From: Pseudomonadota bacterium
Lineage (GTDB): Bacteria > Pseudomonadota > Alphaproteobacteria > Kiloniellales > J153
Assembly (NCBI GenBank): GCA_022572105.1
Contig: JACZWN010000003.1
Span: 1 to 39,327 of the forward strand
Length of the DNA stretch: 39,327 nucleotides
Direction of reading: 5' to 3'
Positions 30,927 to 39,327 of this stretch are shown piece after piece. The translations under genes were made by a program, and so were the position numbers. The notes under the pieces were generated by a model. That model saw only the letters and a list, made by a program, of their open reading frames with translations. It had not been told where the DNA came from and made no database searches. Numbering within the stretch: position 1 is the first letter of the stretch; each line of letters opens with the position of its first letter.

Positions 30927-31735
30927 AGCCTTTGTGTCTCACCTCGCGCCATGTCCCGTCCGATCGTCATTGCCGCGCGGCGGTTACCCTCCGCCGTCAG
31001 AATGCGCGGCAGGACCTCGGCATGGGCGCGCTCGATGTCGGCGGCGAAATCGATCTCGATCCAAGGCATGCCGGTGATGTCCTCGAATGCGAAGGTGCCG
31101 CGTGGCGAGGTCAGCAGAACATCGCGGATCGTCTCCTCGTAAGGTTCGTGGCGGCGGCCTTGGCGTAAGTAGAGCTCGGTCTGAAGGATGATCTTCTTGG
31201 CCACCTCGGCCGACAGCTTGAAAAAGCCCACCGATTCACCGCAGAAATCGAACTCGGCGCTCAACCATTTGCGGAACTCGACGATCTCGCCGTCCCGGAC
31301 ACATACTTTGACAGGCTCATCGCCCGGATCGAAGCCACGATCGAGGAGCAGGCAGTTCTGGTGGCGTGAGTTGACCAGACGCTCCACCAATGCCTCGTCG
31401 TAGAGGACGTCGGCGTCCATTAGGAGGACCGGCCCCCCGCAACACAATTCGTCGCGCAAGGCCCACAGGGTGACGATGTTGCCCGCTTCATAATCCTCGT
31501 TGAACACGGTTCGCACGTAATCCTGTGCCCCTAGGGCAGCGATCTGCCGCTCGATGTCTTGGTGGTGATAACCGACGCCGAGTACCAACTCGTCTATGCC
31601 GTGTCGCCTGAGAATTTCGATATGGAATTGTAGCAAAGATTTACCACCGAAGCGCAGCAAGACCTTCGGTGGAGGTTTGGTGGCCGTAAATCCGAGCCGG
31701 GCACCGATCCCGGCCGCCAACATAACTACCTTCAT
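30923..31735 (-). CDS. LicC-like (phosphocholine/sugar-alcohol-phosphate) cytidylyltransferase
   Basis: MKVVMLAAGIGARL...PKVLL, VGY, N..Y...N, MDADV, GESVGFFKLS, WIEIDFAAD; ATG 31735 with GGGGA upstream. Confidence 0.88.
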   Translation of the reverse strand: MKVVMLAAGIGARLGFTATKPPPKVLLRFGGKSLLQFHIEILRRHGIDELVLGVGYHHQDIERQIAALGAQDYVRTVFNEDYEAGNIVTLWALRDELCCGGPVLLMDADVLYDEALVERLVNSRHQNCLLLDRGFDPGDEPVKVCVRDGEIVEFRKWLSAEFDFCGESVGFFKLSAEVAKKIILQTELYLRQGRRHEPYEETIRDVLLTSPRGTFAFEDITGMPWIEIDFAADIERAHAEVLPRILTAEGNRRAAMTIGRDMARGETQRL

Positions 31736-32058
31736 ACGCCATTCCCCACAGCAGCGGCCGCTCACGGCGACGATAAGTCGGCGCCGCGTGCGCTGCCAGG
31801 CAGCGTGGCGCGCCTACCTTCCTCGACGAGTTGGGACGCATTGATACAGAAAGATCGGATCAATCTAACCGATCGCGCCCCATTTGGCTAATGGCGGGCA
31901 ATAGGGCGAGGCAAGGCGGCCCCTTTGCTTGCGCCAACCCAAGGGTGGCGCTGGTTTAGCGGTGGGTCGTCATGGACGGTGCCGGCTTGATCCGATACCG
32001 CAAAAGAAAGCGCATGGTCTCTTTATTGAGGGTCTGCGCTTGGCCGGATTTTCTGAGA

Positions 32059-32086
32059 AATGACCGCTTCGGGCCGATCAGCGCTC
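32059..32086 (+). repeat. Degenerate boundary motif, copy C
   Basis: AATGACCGCTTCGGGCCGATCAGCG resembles AATGTCCGCTTTGGG of copy B; lies at the right edge of the accessory tract. Confidence 0.45.
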
Positions 32087-32093
32087 CTTGGTA

Positions 32094-33392
32094 TCAGCCC
32101 GAGGTCTCGACGTACTGCCGGCCGATGCCCAGGCGGTGGCGCACGACGGCGCTGATCGGCACGATGGCGAAGCCGCGCGCGCGCGCCTCGGGCAGCCAGC
32201 GCGCCAGCACGTCGAGGGTGGCGCGGTGCGGATGGCCGATCCCGATGGCGCTGCCGCGGCGCAAGGCCACGGCTTCCAGCCGCTCGAACTGGCGGGCGAT
32301 CGCGGCCCGGTCGCTCCATTCGTTGTCGAGGAAGATGTCGCGCTCGGCGTAGGCCACGCCGGCGTGCCGGGCCATGGCGGCGCCGACGCTGGCCGGCGAG
32401 GTGACCGAATCGAGGAACAACAGGCCGCGGCTCCTGAGCGCGCCCATGACGGCAGCCATGCCCCGGGGCGAAGCGGTGAAGCGGCTGCCCATATGGTTGT
32501 TGACGCCGACGAAGCCGTCGAAGCGCTCCAGACCCCAGTCGAGCCGGCGCGCGAGCTCCGCGTCCGGCAAATCGGCGCCGAGCACGTTGGGCCCGGGATC
32601 GTAGCTCGCATCGCGCGGCTCCATGGGCACGTGCAGCATCAATTCGTGACCGGCCGCCCGCGCCTGCCCGGCCATGCGCCCCAGGCCCTCCGCATAGGTC
32701 ATGAAGGAGAGCGTGAGCGGCCCGGGCAGCGCGATGGCGCGCTGCGTGCCGGCGCGATTGAGGCCCAAGTCGTCGAGGACCACCGCGATCATGGGCCGGG
32801 TGCCGAGGTTGGCGACCGGCACCGCGAAACGCCGCCAGGCCGGACGGCGCGCCGTGGCACCCTCGGGCACGGGCGGGACCGGCAGCGCCACCTGCTGCAG
32901 CGCGCCAGCGCCGGGCGGCCCGGCCGTATTTGGCGCCGGTCCGGCCGATTTTGGCGCCGGTCCGGCCGCGGTCTCGAGCGGCTCCTCGTAGAGACGCGCG
33001 AACGCGGCTTCGGTAGCCACGGCGAGCACTTGCGTTTCGCCCAACGGGGCCGGCGCGGCGTCGGGAGCGGGCACGGCCAGCTCGAACCGCGTCACCTCGC
33101 CCAGCGCGATCCGGGCCCCGCCGTCGTGGGTGACGCCGGAACCCGCGCCGTCCTCGATCAGGCGGATTGCGACCGAAGATCCGGTCCCGTAGCCGGGCCG
33201 GCCGCCGTCCGCCAGGTAGACGCCCGTGAACCCGCCGAGCAGAACGCAGGACAGGCCCAGACCGGTGAGCACCGACATGTGGCGCCGCTTCGCGCGTGCG
33301 CGCTTGGCCGCGTCGTCCGCGTCGCGTTGACGGGCGTGCGCCCTGGCCTGGTCGACGGCTTGACGGTGTGATGACTTTCCGGTATCCGGCAT
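32094..33392 (-). CDS. Divergent polysaccharide deacetylase (YibQ / Polysacc_deac_2 family)
   Basis: N-terminal TM; IAVVLDDLG, GHELMLHVPMEP, GVNNHMGSRFT, LFLDSVT, RDIFLDN, AIGIGHP. Confidence 0.92.
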   Translation of the reverse strand: MPDTGKSSHRQAVDQARAHARQRDADDAAKRARAKRRHMSVLTGLGLSCVLLGGFTGVYLADGGRPGYGTGSSVAIRLIEDGAGSGVTHDGGARIALGEVTRFELAVPAPDAAPAPLGETQVLAVATEAAFARLYEEPLETAAGPAPKSAGPAPNTAGPPGAGALQQVALPVPPVPEGATARRPAWRRFAVPVANLGTRPMIAVVLDDLGLNRAGTQRAIALPGPLTLSFMTYAEGLGRMAGQARAAGHELMLHVPMEPRDASYDPGPNVLGADLPDAELARRLDWGLERFDGFVGVNNHMGSRFTASPRGMAAVMGALRSRGLLFLDSVTSPASVGAAMARHAGVAYAERDIFLDNEWSDRAAIARQFERLEAVALRRGSAIGIGHPHRATLDVLARWLPEARARGFAIVPISAVVRHRLGIGRQYVETSG

Positions 33393-33620
33393 GCGTTTAT
33401 ACCAAGGAGCGCTTCCCCGATTCGATCCATCGGGCAGCCTACCACGGGGGCCGCCCCGGCGCCTAACGGCGCCCGGGCGGTATAGCCCTAGATTCCTTGC
33501 CGATTAATTAACGTTTTCGCCCCCAAATCCGCCCGCGCCCGCCATCGACAAGCACTGGCTTCAACGGAACGGATGGCTACAATCTTCCTGAGCTGCCACT
33601 GATACCAAGGAGCGCTGATA

Positions 33621-33824
33621 ATGACCAAAGCTAGGGCCCGCCAACGGGCAAAGGCGAAAGCGGGGCAGAAAGCGAGAAAGCGAGAAGCCAACGCCGACCG
33701 GCCCGGCCAAAAAATCCAGCCGGGGCGGTTCGATCCGGGACCAAGTTCGATAAAAAGCCCGCGCGTGAATGCCAACGCCAAGAACTTCGCCAGGACCAAA
33801 CGCGGCGCGGCGCGGTCGAGATAG
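33621..33824 (+). CDS. Small, very basic hypothetical protein (67 aa)
   Basis: AAGGAG at 33607-33612; ORF occupies the gap between the deacetylase gene and cueR; K/R/A-rich. Confidence 0.6.
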   Translation: MTKARARQRAKAKAGQKARKREANADRPGQKIQPGRFDPGPSSIKSPRVNANAKNFARTKRGAARSR

Positions 33825-33841
33825 GCCGTGCCCCCGAATTC

Positions 33842-33866
33842 GTCCGCTCCAACCCCGACCGCGGAC
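33842..33866 (+). repeat. GTCCGC-N13-GCGGAC hairpin, copy D
   Basis: Perfect 6-bp arms with a 13-nt loop, same geometry as 29513-29537. Confidence 0.55.
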
Positions 33867-33922
33867 TTCCAAGGCGGCCCAAAGGGCGCTCGTGACAATA
33901 CTTTAAGTTTCCCCGCCCCCGC

Positions 33923-34315
33923 CTAAGCGTCCGTGCCCAAAGCATCCAAAATAGGGCACTCGGGCCGATCGTCGCCGTGGCAGCGCTCCATGAGGTAGGT
34001 GAGGGTTTCGCGCATGCCGCGCAAGCCCGCGATCTTGCGGTCGATCTCGGCGACATGGTTCGCGGCCAGCGCCTTGACCTGGGCGCTGCGGCGTTCCGAA
34101 TCGCGCCACAGCGCCAGCAGATCGGCGACCTCGCCGACCGAGAAGCCGAGCCCGCGCGCGCGCTGGATGAAGCGCAGGGTCTGAACGTCGTGATCGCCGT
34201 AGACGCGGTAGCCCGAATGGGTCCGCGCTGCGGCCGCGATCAGGCCGATGCTCTCGTAATAGCGGATGGCTTTCGCCGAGATGCCGGTCTTATCCGCGAC
34301 GGTTCCGATCTGCAT
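33923..34315 (-). CDS. cueR: Cu(I)-responsive MerR-family regulator
   Basis: IRYYESIGLI, GYRVY, RARGLGFS, C-terminal CHGDDRPECPIL metal loop. Confidence 0.96.
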   Translation of the reverse strand: MQIGTVADKTGISAKAIRYYESIGLIAAAARTHSGYRVYGDHDVQTLRFIQRARGLGFSVGEVADLLALWRDSERRSAQVKALAANHVAEIDRKIAGLRGMRETLTYLMERCHGDDRPECPILDALGTDA

Positions 34316-34326
34316 GGCGGTCTCCC

Positions 34327-36714
<2,388 letters not shown>

Positions 36715-36792
36715 GTTTCCCTCCGTTCGCGCGGTCCCCGCAGGCGGCATCCTCGCCGCTCAGGTACCTATGAATCGCCATGGAATAGGCGT

Positions 36793-36823
36793 CATATAGG
36801 CCTTCCAGTTACTGGAAGGTCAA
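36793..36823 (-). promoter_or_regulatory. CueR-dependent promoter of copA-cueR
   Basis: Minus strand: -35 TTGACC (36823-36818), 19-bp spacer, -10-like TATATG (36798-36793); dyad CCTTCCAGT-T-ACTGGAAGG at 36801-36819. This is canonical MerR/CueR geometry. Confidence 0.92.
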
Positions 36824-36977
36824 GGTTTGAACGATAAAAAAAACCCCGCGCGCCCGGGCCCGTCGCGGTTCGGCCAAAACCGCCGCGCGGCTTGCTTCCG
36901 TCCGCTTGGGCAAGCTGTTATAAAGGGGGGAGGCATAGCTGAAAGAAGATCTTAAGAATACCCTCTAGGTATCTGAA

Positions 36978-37583
36978 ATGTTTCTGCTGATCGACAACTA
37001 CGACTCTTTCACTTACAACCTCTACCACTTCCTGGGAGAGTTGGGCGCCACGATCGAGGTGCGGCGCAACGACGCACTCAGCGTGGACCAGGCCCTGGCC
37101 CTCCGGCCGCAGGGCATCGTCATGTCGCCCGGCCCCTGCGACCCCGACCGCGCCGGCATCTGCCTGGACCTGGTGGCCGCCGCCGCCGGCAAGCTGCCCA
37201 TGCTCGGCGTCTGTCTGGGCCACCAGGCGATCGGCCAGGCCTTCGGCGGCAAGGTGGTGCGCGCGCCGGTCTGCATGCACGGCAAGCTGAGCCAGGTGCA
37301 CCACCACGGCCAGGGGCTGTTCGAGGGCCTGCCCTCGCCGTTTTCCGCGACCCGCTACCATTCGCTCACGATCGCGCGCGAGGGCCTGCCCGAGGTCCTG
37401 GAGGTGACCGCCGAGACCGACGACGGCGTCATCATGGGCCTGCGCCACAAGGAGCTGCCCATCCACGGCGTCCAGTTCCACCCGGAAAGCATCGCCTCCG
37501 AGCACGGCCACGCGCTGCTCGCGAACTTCCTGCGGATCGCCGGCCACAACGTGGCGGAGGAGCCGCGGAGGGCGTCCGCATGA
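36978..37583 (+). CDS. trpG: Anthranilate synthase component II (glutamine amidotransferase)
   Basis: [34 protein letters not shown]. Confidence 0.95.
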   Translation: MFLLIDNYDSFTYNLYHFLGELGATIEVRRNDALSVDQALALRPQGIVMSPGPCDPDRAGICLDLVAAAAGKLPMLGVCLGHQAIGQAFGGKVVRAPVCMHGKLSQVHHHGQGLFEGLPSPFSATRYHSLTIAREGLPEVLEVTAETDDGVIMGLRHKELPIHGVQFHPESIASEHGHALLANFLRIAGHNVAEEPRRASA

Positions 37584-38662
37584 GCGCCGTGGCGGGCGAC
37601 CTGGCCCAGGCGGGCGACCTGAAGGCGCTGCTGGGCGCGGCCGCGAGCGGCCGGGCGCTGGACAGCGCCGAGGCCGAGCGCGCCTTCGACATCATCATGT
37701 CGGGCGACGCCACCCCGGCCCAGATGGGCGGCTTCCTGATGGCGCTCCGGGTGCGCGGCGAGACCGTGGCCGAGATCACCGGCGCGGCGCGCGCCATGCG
37801 CGCCAAGATGCTGACCATCGAGGCGCCCGAGGGCGCCATCGACACCTGCGGCACCGGCGGCGACGGCAAGGGCACCTACAACGTCTCGACCGCCAGCGCC
37901 CTGGTGGCGGCGGCCTGTGGCGTGCCGGTGGCCAAGCACGGCAACCGGGCGCTCTCGTCCAAGAGCGGCGCGGCCGACGTGCTGGCGGCTTTGGGCGTCA
38001 ACATCGACGCCGACATGAGCCTGGTCAAGAAGGCGCTCTGGGAGGCCAAGGTCTGCTTCCTGATGGCGCCCCGGCACCACAGCGCCATGCGTCACGTCGG
38101 CCCGACCCGGGTCGAGCTGGGCACCCGGACCATCTTCAACCTGCTCGGGCCGCTGTCCAACCCGGCCCGGGTCAAGCGCCAGACCATCGGCGTGTTCGCG
38201 CCCGACTGGGTCGAGCCCATCGCCCAGGTGCTGAACGGCCTGGGCCACGAGCGCGCCTGGGTGTTCCACGGTGCCGGCGGCCTCGACGAGCTCTCGACCA
38301 CGGGCGCGTCCACGGTCGCCGAGCTCAAGGACGGCGAGGTTACGACCTTCGAGGTGACCCCGGCCGACGCCGGCCTGGCCACTGCCAAGATCGAGGACCT
38401 CAAGGGCGGCGACGCCGCGCACAACGCCCAGGCCATGCGCGCCATGCTCGACGGCGAGCCCGGGGCCTTCCGCGATATCGTGCTGCTGGCCAGCGCCGCG
38501 GCGCTGATCGTCGCCGGCAAGGCTACCGATCTCAAGGACGGCGCCGCCATGGCGGCCGAGGCCGTGGACGGCGGCAAGGCGCGCGCGACCCTGGCGCGCC
38601 TGGTCGCGATCAGCAACGAGCCGCCGGCCCCCGTGGCGGACAGGTCGGGAGCCGAGACGTGA
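37580..38662 (+). CDS. trpD: Anthranilate phosphoribosyltransferase
   Basis: [42 protein letters not shown]; ATGA overlap with trpG. Confidence 0.97.
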   Translation: MSAVAGDLAQAGDLKALLGAAASGRALDSAEAERAFDIIMSGDATPAQMGGFLMALRVRGETVAEITGAARAMRAKMLTIEAPEGAIDTCGTGGDGKGTYNVSTASALVAAACGVPVAKHGNRALSSKSGAADVLAALGVNIDADMSLVKKALWEAKVCFLMAPRHHSAMRHVGPTRVELGTRTIFNLLGPLSNPARVKRQTIGVFAPDWVEPIAQVLNGLGHERAWVFHGAGGLDELSTTGASTVAELKDGEVTTFEVTPADAGLATAKIEDLKGGDAAHNAQAMRAMLDGEPGAFRDIVLLASAAALIVAGKATDLKDGAAMAAEAVDGGKARATLARLVAISNEPPAPVADRSGAET

Positions 38663-39327
38663 ACGACGTGCTGGCACGCATCTGCACCGACAAACGCGAG
38701 CTGGTGGCCGCGCGCAAGCGCGAGACGCCCGCGAGCGCGCTGGAAGCGCGCGCCCGGGACGCCGAGCCGGCGCGCGGTTTTCACCGGGCGCTCGCCGAGC
38801 GCGCCGCCTCGGGGCGCTTCGGACTGATCTGCGAGATCAAGAAGGCCTCGCCCAGCAAGGGCCTGATCCGCGCCGACTTCGACCCGCCGGCCTTGGCGCG
38901 CGCCTACGCGGCCGGCGGCGCGACCTGCCTGTCGGTGCTGACCGATACGCCCTACTTCCAGGGCCAGGACGCGGACCTGGCCGCGGCGCGCGCCGCGGCT
39001 ACGGCGCTGCCGGTGCTGCGCAAGGACTTCATGCTCGATCCCTATCAGATCGTCGAGTCCCGGGCGCTCGGCGCCGACTGCGTGCTGCTGATCATGGCCG
39101 CGCTCGGCGACGCGCAGGCGCGCGAGCTGGAGGACGCGGCCCGGGCGCTCGCCATGGACGTGCTTGTCGAGGTCCACGATGGGGCCGAGCTCGAGCGGGC
39201 GTTAAAGCTGCGCGCGCCGCTGATCGGCGTCAACAACCGCAACCTCAAGACCCTCGAGGTGGATCTGGCGACCACCGAGGCGCTGGCCCCGCGCATTCCC
39301 GCCGGGCGCCTGCTGGTCGCCGAGAGC
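38659..39327 (+). CDS. trpC: Indole-3-glycerol phosphate synthase (partial, runs off the window; not in the ORF track)
   Basis: GTG 38659 overlaps the trpD stop; translation includes [38 protein letters not shown]. Confidence 0.96.
   Translation, partial: MNDVLARICTDKRELVAARKRETPASALEARARDAEPARGFHRALAERAASGRFGLICEIKKASPSKGLIRADFDPPALARAYAAGGATCLSVLTDTPYFQGQDADLAAARAAATALPVLRKDFMLDPYQIVESRALGADCVLLIMAALGDAQARELEDAARALAMDVLVEVHDGAELERALKLRAPLIGVNNRNLKTLEVDLATTEALAPRIPAGRLLVAES

Noticed and set aside
36830-36977. trp attenuator or leader peptide upstream of trpG
   Set aside because: No short Trp-codon leader ORF or terminator hairpin with U-tract found.

Overview
Chromosomal window from a GC-rich alphaproteobacterium, Rhodospirillales-like by gene content and order. 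The core backbone is pyrB-pyrC'-plsY-dprA-topA-rnr-S41 protease-NUDIX-rpmG, pleD/divK, fluC-ROK kinase-dinB, eipB, a 2-hydroxyacid dehydrogenase, a GGDEF protein, ilvE, a YibQ-like deacetylase, cueR/copA with a canonical CueR promoter, and trpG-trpD-trpC (truncated by the window end). Two visibly less GC-rich accessory tracts interrupt it. Tract 1 (1-~3840) holds small orphan ORFs, a 291-bp IS1-type non-autonomous cassette with an 8-bp target duplication, four hairpin repeats with covarying stems, a phage-type HTH gene, a 116-bp palindrome and a translationally coupled two-gene PD-(D/E)XK nuclease module. Tract 2 (~26900-32085) holds an IS1380 remnant, an OmpA lipoprotein, a DUF4197 protein, and a cytidylyltransferase coupled to a membrane-anchored LicD protein that appears to keep the zinc-finger loop of animal FKRP. 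A recurring GTCCGC-N12/13-GCGGAM hairpin motif sits at the borders of the accessory blocks. All family calls come from reading motifs by eye; no searches were run.
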